Assembly (NCBI GenBank): GCA_015064965.1
Contig: SVRG01000001.1
Coordinates: forward strand, 24,448-88,447
Length of the DNA: 64,000 bases
Direction of reading: 5' to 3'
From: Oscillospiraceae bacterium
GTDB taxonomy: Bacteria > Bacillota > Clostridia > Oscillospirales > CAG-272
Shown here: positions 28,852 to 38,430 of the stretch, piece after piece
How the letters are laid out: every line of letters begins with the position of its first letter
How positions within the stretch are numbered: position 1 is the stretch's first letter
Notes under the pieces: generated by a model
Told to the model about the DNA's origin: nothing
What the model saw: the letters and a program-made list of their open reading frames with translations, nothing else
Databases searched by the model: none
Made by a program: the position numbers and the translations under genes

Positions 28852-29918
28852 CAGTTTTTACCTTCTTTCGGACTTTCAAGCATTTTAAGCTCTGTGTTTA
28901 TCATTTCGCCAACCGATTCTGCAAGCGCATCAACAGTTGCCATAACATTTGCATAATCCATGCGGCACGGGCCGATAATGCCTATTGCACCAACCACTTT
29001 GCCGTTCTTTTTTATCTTTTTAAATACAAGCGCCGAATCGCTCATGTTATCCGAGCGGTTTTCGCTGCCGATTATTACGCCGACACCGTCGCCGTCAAGA
29101 CCGGAAACGCTATCGAGTATGCTGTCCTTATTTTCAATTGCGCCGAGCAGTCCGCGGAGCTTGCCGACATCGGAAAACTCAGGGTACGAAAGCAATCGGT
29201 CAACGCCGTCAACCTTAACCTCGCCGCCGCTCTGCTCCTCCATACCGCTGTAAATTTCCTTCATAGCCGCAGACAAAAGCCGCGCTTCGCTGCCCATTTC
29301 TGCCTCTGCCTGCATCATCACCGGAAGTGTTATCTCCGTGAGCGTTCTGCCTGCGATATATGTGTTAAGCGTGCTTGCAAGGTGCGCCGCATCTGTCGGA
29401 AGCACATCAAAATCAAGACGGATATTGCGCGTTTTTGCGCTGCCACTGCCCGAAAGCATTACAAGCACAAGAGTTCTGCTGTCAAAATACATCACCTCAA
29501 AGCGGATTATCTTTGACATATCGCTTCTCGGTTTTACCGCAATCGCGGTATAGTTTGTCATGCTGCCCGCAAGGCGCGATGCCTCTGCAAGGATTTTATC
29601 AAGTTCATGCTGCTTGCCGCGAAGCTGCATTGCCATAACCTCGGTTTCAGCCTTGGTTTTTTTGTACTCGCCGGCAAGACAGTCAACATAAAAGCGATAT
29701 CCAAGTTCGCTTGGCACTCTGCCCGCCGAGGTGTGAGGCTGTTCAAGGTAGCCGAGCGATTCAAGCTCTGCCATCTCGTTTCTTATAGTGGCAGGTGAGC
29801 AGTTTGGCATCATATTTTGCGCAATGTACTTGGAGCCAACAGGTTCGCCGCCCTTGACATATGCTTCTACTACCGCGCGCAAAATCTGCATTTTGCGTTT
29901 GGAGAGATTGTATTCCAT
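28851..29918 (-). CDS. hrcA: Heat-inducible transcription repressor HrcA
   Basis: 355 aa, N-terminal wHTH (RKMQILRAVVEAYVKGGEPVGSK), CIRCE operator upstream. Confidence 0.95.
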   Translation of the reverse strand: MEYNLSKRKMQILRAVVEAYVKGGEPVGSKYIAQNMMPNCSPATIRNEMAELESLGYLEQPHTSAGRVPSELGYRFYVDCLAGEYKKTKAETEVMAMQLRGKQHELDKILAEASRLAGSMTNYTAIAVKPRSDMSKIIRFEVMYFDSRTLVLVMLSGSGSAKTRNIRLDFDVLPTDAAHLASTLNTYIAGRTLTEITLPVMMQAEAEMGSEARLLSAAMKEIYSGMEEQSGGEVKVDGVDRLLSYPEFSDVGKLRGLLGAIENKDSILDSVSGLDGDGVGVIIGSENRSDNMSDSALVFKKIKKNGKVVGAIGIIGPCRMDYANVMATVDALAESVGEMINTELKMLESPKEGKN

Positions 29919-29934
29919 TTGCTCGCCCCCTTTT

Positions 29935-29961
29935 TTAGCACTCTTTTAGAGCGAGTGCTAA
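29935..29961. promoter_or_regulatory. CIRCE operator (HrcA binding site)
   Basis: TTAGCACTC-ttttagagc-GAGTGCTAA, a perfect match to the consensus TTAGCACTC-N9-GAGTGCTAA, 16 nt upstream of the hrcA ATG. Confidence 0.95.
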
Positions 29962-29972
29962 CTTACGATTAA

Positions 29973-30001
29973 AATTTACCACTTTGCGCAGCCTTTGTCA
30001 A
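29973..30001 (-). promoter_or_regulatory. Sigma-A promoter of the hrcA operon
   Basis: Minus strand TTGACA-17 nt-TAAATT immediately upstream of CIRCE. Confidence 0.65.
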
Positions 30002-30077
30002 GGGTTTTTACAAAAAATATTTGTGATTTTTGAGTGAATGGTTTGCAAACCTCCACTATGTCTGCTAATTGCATGCA

Positions 30078-30108
30078 AAAACGCATCTGCGTGTACGCAG
30101 ATGCGTTT
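30078..30108 (-). terminator. Rho-independent terminator of the GT4 gene
   Basis: aaacgcatctgcg-tgta-cgcagatgcgttt with a T-run on the minus strand. Confidence 0.8.
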
Positions 30109-30112
30109 AAAA

Positions 30113-31261
30113 CTATTCTACAACAGAGCCGTAAACATCTTCAACAGCATCGCCAAAGCGCTTTTTGTCAAAGACAAGAGCCTTTTCTTCACTCTTCTTT
30201 TTAGCTCTCTCGAGCCATTTCTCATCAGAAACCATTTTTTCAAGACCGCTCAAAAAGCCCTGCTCGTCCTCATAAGTATATCCGTTTTCGCCCTCGTCCA
30301 TTACATCTTCAAAGCAAGGATCCTTTCTGCAAAGCAACGGCAAACCGTTGGCTGCAGCTTCAATATAGGTAAGTCCCTGGGTTTCGCTTGTGGATGCGCT
30401 GACAAAAATGTCGCCGAGCTGATAGTAGTTCTGCACCTCCGACGGCTTTACCATGCCGGTAAAAACTACCTTGTGTGAAACATCAAGGCTTACCGAAAGT
30501 GCCTCAAGCTCGCCCTTTGCAGGGCCGTCGCCAACTATCAAAAACTTGATATTATCATGTATTTTCGATGCCGCCGCAAAAAAGCGCAAAAGCTCATCGA
30601 GGTTTTTCTCAGTGCCGAGTCTGCCGAGGTTTATCAGCACGATATCATCATTTTCAATGCCGTATGAACGGCGCTTTTTTTCGCGCTCTGCCGCCGGTAT
30701 GCGAATTTTGTGCTGGTCAAGCGAAATTCCGCTCGGCACAACCTTTATCGGGGTGCCGACACCGTAACCGTGCAATGCATCCTCCACCTTTTGAGTGGGC
30801 GCTATTACCGTGCTTGCTTTTTTAAGGCGCTTTCTCGATAGCACTCGCACCACCTTTTTGCCAAGTCGGCGGCTGGGCATAACATATTTCACATACTGCT
30901 CATAGAGCGTGTGATATGTATGCACTATCGGGGCAGAAGTCTTTTTGGAAATATAAAGCGCAAACTGATATGTGAAAAACTCGCACTGCGAATGGATAAT
31001 ATCCGGTTTCCAGCGCACAAGCTCGCGAAGCAGCCGGTGACGGTATGCAAGCGGCATACGCACATCGGGATATACCACTCCGAGAGGCATTGAGCGGATA
31101 TAATAGACATTTTCATCGCGGTGGGAATGCATATTTTCAGAAAGAGTGAGGATTTTTACATCGTGTCCTCGCTTTTCAAGTTCGTCGCGCAAATTTTTAA
31201 CCGAGGTCACAACCCCGTTTGTTTCAGTAGTAAAAAGGTCTGTGGTAATTAAAATCTTCAT
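30113..31261 (-). CDS. Glycosyltransferase family 4 (GT-B; glycolipid/diacylglycerol glycosyltransferase-like)
   Basis: 382 aa, N-terminal MKILITTDLFTTETNGV, C-terminal E-x7-E region (SETQGLTYIEAAANGLP). Acceptor unknown. Confidence 0.75.
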   Translation of the reverse strand: MKILITTDLFTTETNGVVTSVKNLRDELEKRGHDVKILTLSENMHSHRDENVYYIRSMPLGVVYPDVRMPLAYRHRLLRELVRWKPDIIHSQCEFFTYQFALYISKKTSAPIVHTYHTLYEQYVKYVMPSRRLGKKVVRVLSRKRLKKASTVIAPTQKVEDALHGYGVGTPIKVVPSGISLDQHKIRIPAAEREKKRRSYGIENDDIVLINLGRLGTEKNLDELLRFFAAASKIHDNIKFLIVGDGPAKGELEALSVSLDVSHKVVFTGMVKPSEVQNYYQLGDIFVSASTSETQGLTYIEAAANGLPLLCRKDPCFEDVMDEGENGYTYEDEQGFLSGLEKMVSDEKWLERAKKKSEEKALVFDKKRFGDAVEDVYGSVVE

Positions 31262-31391
31262 AATTCACCTGTCTGTTTTACCTTAATATAACAAATAAAG
31301 TATAGCACAAACAGGGGCAAAAATCAAGAATTATAGTTTGCAACTGTAGGTTTTCGGTTTCAAAAACCTTATTTTTCTTGCAGACATAAAA

Positions 31392-31421
31392 AAACGGCAT
31401 CGGATATTCCCGATGCCGTTT
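31392..31421 (-). terminator. Rho-independent terminator
   Basis: aaacggcatcgg-atattc-ccgatgccgttt with T7 on the minus strand. Confidence 0.85.
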
Positions 31422-31426
31422 GCTTA

Positions 31427-31819
31427 TTATTTAACAAGAGTTGCAGTCGAAGTAGCCGCATCCCACTTGATGTTTGCATTGTCAACGCCGAGAGCGTTTG
31501 CAATTGCTCTTACAGGGAGGTATGTGCGGTTGTTTTCGATGATTGCAGGAGAGTCAAGCTCAACAGTCTGACCGTTTACAGTCATGTTGGGCTTATCAAT
31601 TGTAACAACGATAGTAACATCGTTGTTGGAAAGAGTTGCGGTTCTTGTTTCCGCATCCCACTTGATACCGTCATTGCTTACACCGAAAGCGTTTGCAAGG
31701 AAACGTACAGGAAGCATTGTGCGGTTGTTGCGGTTAATGGGAGCTGCATCAAGAGTTTCTGCCTTGCCGTTGATGTAGGCAGTCTTTGAGCCGATGGTGA
31801 GCTTAACCTCGGTCTTTTC
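31427..31819 (-). repeat. 393-bp shared C-terminal module, copy 1
   Basis: Encodes EKTEVKLTIGSKTAYING...ATLVK. By hand count, 24 mismatches over 393 nt versus 33285-33677 and 58 over 393 versus 44495-44887. Confidence 0.9.
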
Positions 31820-33226
31820 AGCAGACTCGCCGAAGGTGGAAACTACAAGATTGTCCAAAGCGGTGGTATTGAGGTTGTTGAGACCGCTTGCCTCGGTACC
31901 GCGGAGACGGAAGCCGAATGTACCTGCGCTCCAGAGGTCGTGCTTCTGGCACCAGTTCCAGAGAAGCTTGCCGCTCTTGAGGTCGGTAATGGTAATCTGG
32001 ATAAGATCACCCTTTACCGCCGCCTGCATATGGATATTTGCGCCGGGCTGCATAATAGCAGAAGAAACCTTGATGTTGCCTTCAAGCCACTTGCCGTCCG
32101 ACTTGCCTGCGCCGATTGCGCCGAGGGTGCCGTTATTGGAAACGAACATATGATATCCCAAGAAGCCGGACTCGGATGTTTCGATTACATTTGCATAGTC
32201 GGAACGGATAATGATACCGCCCTGTGTCTGTACATTGTAGATATCAACATCAACAACATAGTCCTTGAGGTTTACAAGTTCTTCTTCGCCACCGTAAAGA
32301 ATGTAGGGGTGAGTGAGTGCGCCTTTAGCGGAGAGATAAAGCTGACCGCCGTAAACTGCCCATGTACCGCCGTACTGAGCAAAATCAGCAATGCTCTTTG
32401 CATTGTCAAAGGTGTTTTCGTAAACCTTTACAAGGTTTGATGTATCAATGGAAGTGGTGGAGTTTACTGCAGGAGTAACAGTAGCGGTGCCGCCCTTAAT
32501 AGTTACATCGTTAGCAGTGGTAACCTTGAGGTTGTCAAAGTAAGCCTCGCCCGCAGAGTAAGCATCGTTTGCCTTCATACCTGCACGCATACGGAGACCG
32601 AAGGTACCGTCAGTACGTACAAAGTCACTTGCGCTTGTGCCGATTGTGTATGTGTAGTCATAAACAGTCTTGTTGTTGTCAAGGTTTGTCATAAGGACAT
32701 GGATCTTGTCGCCCTTAACGGTAACTTTGATGTGAACATTGGAGCTGATATTACAGCTGCCGGTCTTGCCTACGTTGATATTGCCCTTGTATGCCTCGTT
32801 AACCATTTCGTCGGTTGCGCTGCCAAGTGCACCGCAGTTTGCATTGTTGGAAATGAATGCAAGATAACCTGCAAATCCGCTGACATTGTGTGTATTTGCT
32901 TTGTCATTCACACGGAAAACAACACCGCCTGCGGTCTGGATATTCATGTAGTCAACTTCTACAATATAGTCAGTGAGTTTTTCGCTTGTCTTATAAATGA
33001 TATGTGCGAAAGAGGTGTCAACGTTTTTCTTAGGTGCTTCTGAGAAAAAGTTTTCAGTGATGTAAAGACCGCCGTCCTTGATTTCCCACTGCTGAACATA
33101 CTGCTCAAAGTCATTAAGAGTGGCAGGATTTGAAAAATCGTTTTCGTAAATTACAGTCTCTGCTGCAAATGCGCTGAGGGTGAGGAGCGCAAGCAAAAGC
33201 GAAACTAAAAGTAAAAATTTTTTCAT
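31427..33226 (-). CDS. Secreted protein: 2 x DUF1080/LamG-like (3-keto-disaccharide-hydrolase-like) domains + C-terminal double copper-amine-oxidase-N-terminal-like (wall-binding) module
   Basis: Start at MKKFLLLVSLLL (SD ggaga). Signal peptide ending AFA-AE. The WEIKDGGLYIT and GGVVFR type blocks occur twice. C-terminal 130 aa YINGKAETLDAAPINRNNRTMLPVRFLANAFG... is repeated twice. Confidence 0.7.
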   Translation of the reverse strand: MKKFLLLVSLLLALLTLSAFAAETVIYENDFSNPATLNDFEQYVQQWEIKDGGLYITENFFSEAPKKNVDTSFAHIIYKTSEKLTDYIVEVDYMNIQTAGGVVFRVNDKANTHNVSGFAGYLAFISNNANCGALGSATDEMVNEAYKGNINVGKTGSCNISSNVHIKVTVKGDKIHVLMTNLDNNKTVYDYTYTIGTSASDFVRTDGTFGLRMRAGMKANDAYSAGEAYFDNLKVTTANDVTIKGGTATVTPAVNSTTSIDTSNLVKVYENTFDNAKSIADFAQYGGTWAVYGGQLYLSAKGALTHPYILYGGEEELVNLKDYVVDVDIYNVQTQGGIIIRSDYANVIETSESGFLGYHMFVSNNGTLGAIGAGKSDGKWLEGNIKVSSAIMQPGANIHMQAAVKGDLIQITITDLKSGKLLWNWCQKHDLWSAGTFGFRLRGTEASGLNNLNTTALDNLVVSTFGESAEKTEVKLTIGSKTAYINGKAETLDAAPINRNNRTMLPVRFLANAFGVSNDGIKWDAETRTATLSNNDVTIVVTIDKPNMTVNGQTVELDSPAIIENNRTYLPVRAIANALGVDNANIKWDAATSTATLVK

Positions 33227-33246
33227 ATTTTTCTCCATTCATTCGC

Positions 33247-33271
33247 AAAAGGGCTACAATGTAGCCCTTTT
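33247..33271 (-). terminator. Rho-independent terminator between the two paralogs
   Basis: aaaagggctac-aat-gtagccctttt. Confidence 0.7.
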
Positions 33272-33284
33272 GACGTTTTAATGA

Positions 33285-33677
33285 TTATTTAACAAGAGTT
33301 GCAGTCGAAGTAGCCGCATCCCATGCGATGTTTGCATTGTCAACGCCGAGAGCGTTTGCAATTGCTCTTACAGGGAGGTATGTGCGGTTGTTTTCGATGA
33401 TTGCAGGAGAGTCAAGCGCAACAGTCTTGCCGTTTACAGTCATATTGGGCTTGTCAATTGTAACAACGATAGTAACATCCTTGTTGGTAAGGGTTGCAGT
33501 TCTGGTTGCCGCATCCCACTTGATACCGTCATTGCTTACGCCGAATGCGTTTGCAAGGAAGCGTACAGGAAGCATTGTGCGGTTGTTGCGGTTGATGGGA
33601 GCTGCATCAAGAGTTTCTGCCTTGCCGTTGATGTAGGCAGTCTTTGAGCCAATAGTGAGCTTGACTTCGGTCTTTGC
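33285..33677 (-). repeat. 393-bp shared C-terminal module, copy 2
   Basis: See 31427-31819. Confidence 0.9.
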
Positions 33678-35084
33678 CGCTGCAGCACCGAAGGTGGAAA
33701 CTACAAGGTTGTCAAAAGCGGTGGTATTGAGGTTGTTGAGACCTGCGTTTGTAGCCTTGCTGCGGAGACGGAAGCCGAATGTACCCTTTGTCCAAAGGTC
33801 ATTCTTTTCGCACCAGTGCCAGAGAACCTTGCCGCTTGCCTTATCGGTGATGATAAGCTGAACGAGGTCACCTTTTACTGCCATCTGAAGGTGGATGTTA
33901 GAGCCGGTCTTAAGGCAAGCCTTGGAAACTTCAATGTTGCCGTCGAGCCACTTGCCGTCTGCCTTACCTGCGCCGATTGCACCAAGAGTACCGTCATTGG
34001 AGACGAAGCCCATGTAACCCATGAAGCCGTCATCGGTAGCGCCGGTAACGTTTGCAAAGTCGGAACGCATGATAAGACCGCCCTGTGTCTGGGTGTTGTA
34101 CATATCAACGTCTACAACATAGTCGGTAAGCTCGGTGAGCTTTGCATCGCCGCCGTAGAGAATGTAGGACTGTGCGCCCTCGGTACCTGCGGAGAGGTAA
34201 AGCTGACCGCCGTAAACTGCCCATGTACCTCTGTACTGGATAAAGTCAGCAATGCTCTTTGCATTGTCAAAGGTGTTTTCATAAACCTTTACAAGGTTTG
34301 ATGTATCAATAGTAACGGTGGGCTTTGCCGCGGGAGTGGTTGTACCCTGGTTGCCGCCTGCGATATTAACTTCGTTTGCAGTAGTAACCTTAAAGTTGTC
34401 AAAATAAGCCTCGCCTGCGGAGTAAGCATCATTTGCCTTCATGCCGGCACGCATACGGAGACCGAAGGTACCTTCTTTCCAGCCAGCGTCGCCGTCGCTT
34501 GTGCCGGTGATGTAGGCGTAATCGTAAACGGTCTTGCCGTTGTCGAGGTTGGTAACGAGAACATGAATCTTTTCGCCCTTAACGGTAACCTTGATGTGAA
34601 CGTTGGAGCTGATGTTCATGTTGCCGGTCTTACCGACATTGATATTGCCCTTCCAGCCGTCTGCATTGTCTGCAGAGCCGAGAGCTGCGCAGTTTGCGTT
34701 GTTTGCAATAAATGCAACATAACCGCGGAAGCCGTTCTGTGCATCGGTAACTGCATTCTGGTCAGCGCGGAAAATGATACCGCCCGCTGTCTGAACGTTC
34801 ATGTAGTCAACCTCAAGGATGTAATCCTTGTATGCCTGATTTGCCTGATAAATAATGTGGGCAAATGATGTGTCAACAGATGCACCGTTAGTAGTGGTGA
34901 ACTGGTCTGTGATGTAAAGACCGCCGTCCTTGATTTCCCAAACCATACGATACTGCTTGAAATCGCTGAGAGTGGAAGGATCGGAGAAGTCATTTTCGTA
35001 AATCACGGTTTCTGCCGCGAATGTGCCAATAGCAAGTGCGCAAACGAGCATCACCATGCAAAGGCCGAGTAAAAACTTTTTCAT
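33285..35084 (-). CDS. Secreted protein, full-length paralog of 31427-33226
   Basis: 599 aa, signal peptide (FA-AE), same two DUF1080-like domains and the same C-terminal module. Confidence 0.7.
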   Translation of the reverse strand: MKKFLLGLCMVMLVCALAIGTFAAETVIYENDFSDPSTLSDFKQYRMVWEIKDGGLYITDQFTTTNGASVDTSFAHIIYQANQAYKDYILEVDYMNVQTAGGIIFRADQNAVTDAQNGFRGYVAFIANNANCAALGSADNADGWKGNINVGKTGNMNISSNVHIKVTVKGEKIHVLVTNLDNGKTVYDYAYITGTSDGDAGWKEGTFGLRMRAGMKANDAYSAGEAYFDNFKVTTANEVNIAGGNQGTTTPAAKPTVTIDTSNLVKVYENTFDNAKSIADFIQYRGTWAVYGGQLYLSAGTEGAQSYILYGGDAKLTELTDYVVDVDMYNTQTQGGLIMRSDFANVTGATDDGFMGYMGFVSNDGTLGAIGAGKADGKWLDGNIEVSKACLKTGSNIHLQMAVKGDLVQLIITDKASGKVLWHWCEKNDLWTKGTFGFRLRSKATNAGLNNLNTTAFDNLVVSTFGAAAAKTEVKLTIGSKTAYINGKAETLDAAPINRNNRTMLPVRFLANAFGVSNDGIKWDAATRTATLTNKDVTIVVTIDKPNMTVNGKTVALDSPAIIENNRTYLPVRAIANALGVDNANIAWDAATSTATLVK

Positions 35085-35329
35085 TTTTAAAATCCTCCTT
35101 GGTTTTTTGGAATAAATTCCATTTTACGTTTATATTTTCTCACATTTCAAGGTCAAAGTCAACATATTGAAAGTATAAATATTTCTGCAATTTGTGCAAA
35201 AACTCTATCAAAGCGTAAAAAAACGGGGTAAACAATATCATTATAGTATTTTATTTTTTAAAAAACTATCGACTATTGCGCTCTATTTATGTTATACTTA
35301 TAATATATAGTTAAAATTGGGATAGTTAT

Positions 35330-36226
35330 ATGGATTTTTTGGTAGACAGCGAATTTGAGGGCAGGCGGCTTTTAGATTTTTTCAAAAAGCGGCTTGCTAT
35401 GTCACGCGCACTTTGCACCTCGCTTAAAAAATGCGACGGCATCGCCGTAAACGGCAAAAGCGTCACTGTACGCTGCATTTTACACAAAGGCGATACGGTC
35501 AGCCTTAAAATTGAGGACGGCTACGAAGACTGCGACGAGTCGCTTGTAGCTGCGGATCTGCCGCTTGACATACTGTATGAAGACGAGCATATCATGGCGA
35601 TAAACAAGCCGCCGTATATGCCCACCCATCTCTCACACGGTCACAGGCTCGACACGCTGGCAAACGCGCTCAAAGCCGAGTTTGACCGCCGCCGTACCCC
35701 ATTTGTGGTGCGCGCTGTCAACCGCCTTGACACCGACACAAGCGGCATTGTCATAGTGGCAAAAAACCGCTATGCCGCCGACCGCTTTGCAAAAACCAAT
35801 CCCGACATCCGCTATGAAAAGATTTACACCGCCTTTTGTCTTGGCAGTGCGCCTGAAAAAGGCGAGATCAAAAGCTACATCCGCCGTGTTGAGGAAAGCA
35901 TAATCACACGCGCCTCGTATGAAAGCGGCAAGGACAGCGAATTTGCACACACACGCTTTGAAACCGTTGCGCGCTACGGCGGCATCTCCGTTGTGCGCTG
36001 CGAACCTGTTACAGGCAGAACGCATCAGCTCCGCGTGCATCTTTCTTCAATCGGTCACCCGATAGTGGGCGACGATATGTATGGCGGCGGCTTGCAGTTG
36101 CCGCGGCAGGCACTCCACGCGGGTGAGCTTAGGTTTTTCCACCCATTCACCGGCGAAAAAATCGAGATAATCGCTCCGCTCCCCTCCGATATGGAAAACT
36201 TTTTAAAGGAAATACAGAATGTTTAA
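35330..36226 (+). CDS. RluA/RluD-family pseudouridine synthase
   Basis: 298 aa, S4-like N-terminus, catalytic NRLDTDTSGIVIVAK, HQLRVHL motif. Confidence 0.88.
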   Translation: MDFLVDSEFEGRRLLDFFKKRLAMSRALCTSLKKCDGIAVNGKSVTVRCILHKGDTVSLKIEDGYEDCDESLVAADLPLDILYEDEHIMAINKPPYMPTHLSHGHRLDTLANALKAEFDRRRTPFVVRAVNRLDTDTSGIVIVAKNRYAADRFAKTNPDIRYEKIYTAFCLGSAPEKGEIKSYIRRVEESIITRASYESGKDSEFAHTRFETVARYGGISVVRCEPVTGRTHQLRVHLSSIGHPIVGDDMYGGGLQLPRQALHAGELRFFHPFTGEKIEIIAPLPSDMENFLKEIQNV

Positions 36227-37313
36227 GGATTTTTCAAGAAAATACATCTCCGCTTTCGCGCTTGTGTCATTCTGCGCGCTTGCGGCGGCATTACTGATAA
36301 AACTTACTGCGGTTATTTTTTCGCCGTTTGCGGATTTTTTCAACCGCTATATTTCATTTATTCCGCGCGGAATTCTTGCATATGCCACCGCGCTGATTCC
36401 GTTTTCGCTTGCTGAGGCGATAATCATTATGGCAATTCCCTTAGCGCTGATTTATATTATCTACTGCGCAACCGTTGCGGCGCGCCGCGGAAAGCTGATG
36501 CGCCACATTTTCAATCTGCTTGGCACTATCTCCCTTGTTATCTCTCTTTTTATAATAAACTTCGGCATTGCGTATGACTGCACCCCGATTGAAAAAAAGC
36601 TCGAAATAGAAACCGGCAACCTCACTGTAGAAGATGTTTTCAATGCAAGCAAAATCGTGCTTGAGGAAATCAAAGAAGTTGAAGCTTCTCTTGAGCGAAA
36701 TAAAAACGGTGAGGCAATCTCACCCTACTCATTTGATGAAATGAAGTGGGCGCTTGTAAGTGAATACGAAAAAATGTCAAAGGACTACAGCTTTGTTTCG
36801 CCGCTATCGGTCTGGCCAAAGCGCATTGCGCTTTCGCTGCCGATGCGCTATACCGGCATTGTCGGCGTATACACCTTTTTCACCGGCGAAGCCAATGTAA
36901 ACACATGCCAATCAAACTATGCAGTGTGCTTTACCGCAGCGCATGAAATGGCTCACCAGCGCGGAATTGCACCCGAAGACGAAGCAAACTTTGTTGCTTT
37001 TCTCACACTTTACAACTCAAACGATGACTTTTTCAAATACGCCGGACTGATGGAAGTTTTCAACTATATGGCAAATGCCGTATACAACGAAAACGAGGAG
37101 CTTTACTACGAGCTTCTTACAAACTTTTCCGAAAGCATTCTGAAAGAATACACCGCGGAGCAGGAATACTCCGCGCAGTTCTATGACAACATCGCCGAGG
37201 AAGTTTCAAGCGCGGTAAACGATGCCTACCTCAAGTTGCAGGGGCAATCAGCCGGTACAAGAAGCTACGGCCTTGTCACAGACCTTGCAACTGCATATTT
37301 TTTGAACAAATAA
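36219..37313 (+). CDS. DUF3810-family membrane protein (putative zinc metalloprotease, HEMAHQ)
   Basis: 364 aa, three N-terminal TM helices, HEMAHQRG motif. Family name from memory. Confidence 0.65.
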   Translation: MFKDFSRKYISAFALVSFCALAAALLIKLTAVIFSPFADFFNRYISFIPRGILAYATALIPFSLAEAIIIMAIPLALIYIIYCATVAARRGKLMRHIFNLLGTISLVISLFIINFGIAYDCTPIEKKLEIETGNLTVEDVFNASKIVLEEIKEVEASLERNKNGEAISPYSFDEMKWALVSEYEKMSKDYSFVSPLSVWPKRIALSLPMRYTGIVGVYTFFTGEANVNTCQSNYAVCFTAAHEMAHQRGIAPEDEANFVAFLTLYNSNDDFFKYAGLMEVFNYMANAVYNENEELYYELLTNFSESILKEYTAEQEYSAQFYDNIAEEVSSAVNDAYLKLQGQSAGTRSYGLVTDLATAYFLNK

Positions 37314-37332
37314 CTTTTCAGGAGGTACAAAA

Positions 37333-38406
37333 ATGAAAAACAGAACATTTGCGGCATTTTTGTGCCTTTTGTGCATCTTTATGCTTTGCACGGTCTTTGC
37401 CCATGCCGCCGACCGCGCAACTTTGTTTATCGGCGACAGCGAGTGGGAAAACGACTCGCTCCTCCCATTTATCGAAACAGAGGGAAAAATGCTGCTGCCT
37501 GCAAGTGCTTTTTCGGCACTCGGCAAAATAAAACTAACCCGTTCTGACACGCTTGGCTCACTGCTTTTCGAGCGCGACGGCGCATTTTTATCGTACAATC
37601 TGAACTTTGGCACTTCCCTTGACGAAAACGGAGTTGCATCCAAAGTGAACATATATCGCTACGGCGGCGAGATTTATCTCGAACCGCAGCCGATATGCGA
37701 AAAATTTGACCTGCGTTTTGAAAGCGAGTTTGCCCCCGACGGATATCTTGCCGCGCGTATTTCAAACAGCGAAAGCACTCACAGCTTTTCCGAGCTGCTC
37801 AATGCGTATTCCGAAAGCGGCAAGCAGGATATTCCCTTTTTATATAACCCTACGGGCAAAACCATGGCAGGCGCATTTACTCACCCTATTTTGCTTGTCC
37901 CGTCGCCGCAAAACATGGCACTTGCAATAAATGCAGTCGGCAACCACCGCATAACCTTTGCGCTCGCTCCGGACGATATCGCATCATATGCAAAACTGAT
38001 ACCTACAGTATACGCAAAAGGTCACGCCGTTGTCTACTACATGGACTCGTCGCTCAACAGCGATACCGAGGCTTTTCGCTCAAGCATGGCACGCGCAAAC
38101 GAATATCTGTTTTCGCTTGTCGGTGTGACAAGCCGTGTATATGTCAGCGCAGAAAGATATGAAAGAATTCCCAAAATTCCGGGGTACTTTGCCAAGGCTT
38201 GCAACATCCACTTGGTTGTTGACGACCTTCGCAACAACCAGATGATAAACTTTGCGCTCTACGACAGCCCCAATCGCGGCATCTACAATTTCTCGCTTGC
38301 AAGCGACAGGCAAACACGTAGTTATTATTCATATTTCTTCAATCAATTCGACCGGTTCGAGGCGCTTCGCTCAATGCCCCTAACCGAGTCAAGCTCTATC
38401 AATTAA
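37333..38406 (+). CDS. Secreted protein: N-terminal copper-amine-oxidase-N-like domain + uncharacterised (possibly degenerate polysaccharide-deacetylase-like) domain
   Basis: Signal peptide (AHA-AD). aa 30-130 follow the stalk-domain pattern (LLPASAFSALG..., IYLEPQPICEKFDL). The C-terminal assignment is weak. Confidence 0.45.
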   Translation: MKNRTFAAFLCLLCIFMLCTVFAHAADRATLFIGDSEWENDSLLPFIETEGKMLLPASAFSALGKIKLTRSDTLGSLLFERDGAFLSYNLNFGTSLDENGVASKVNIYRYGGEIYLEPQPICEKFDLRFESEFAPDGYLAARISNSESTHSFSELLNAYSESGKQDIPFLYNPTGKTMAGAFTHPILLVPSPQNMALAINAVGNHRITFALAPDDIASYAKLIPTVYAKGHAVVYYMDSSLNSDTEAFRSSMARANEYLFSLVGVTSRVYVSAERYERIPKIPGYFAKACNIHLVVDDLRNNQMINFALYDSPNRGIYNFSLASDRQTRSYYSYFFNQFDRFEALRSMPLTESSSIN

Positions 38407-38430
38407 GCCAAGTGCAAAAAGGAGATTGCC

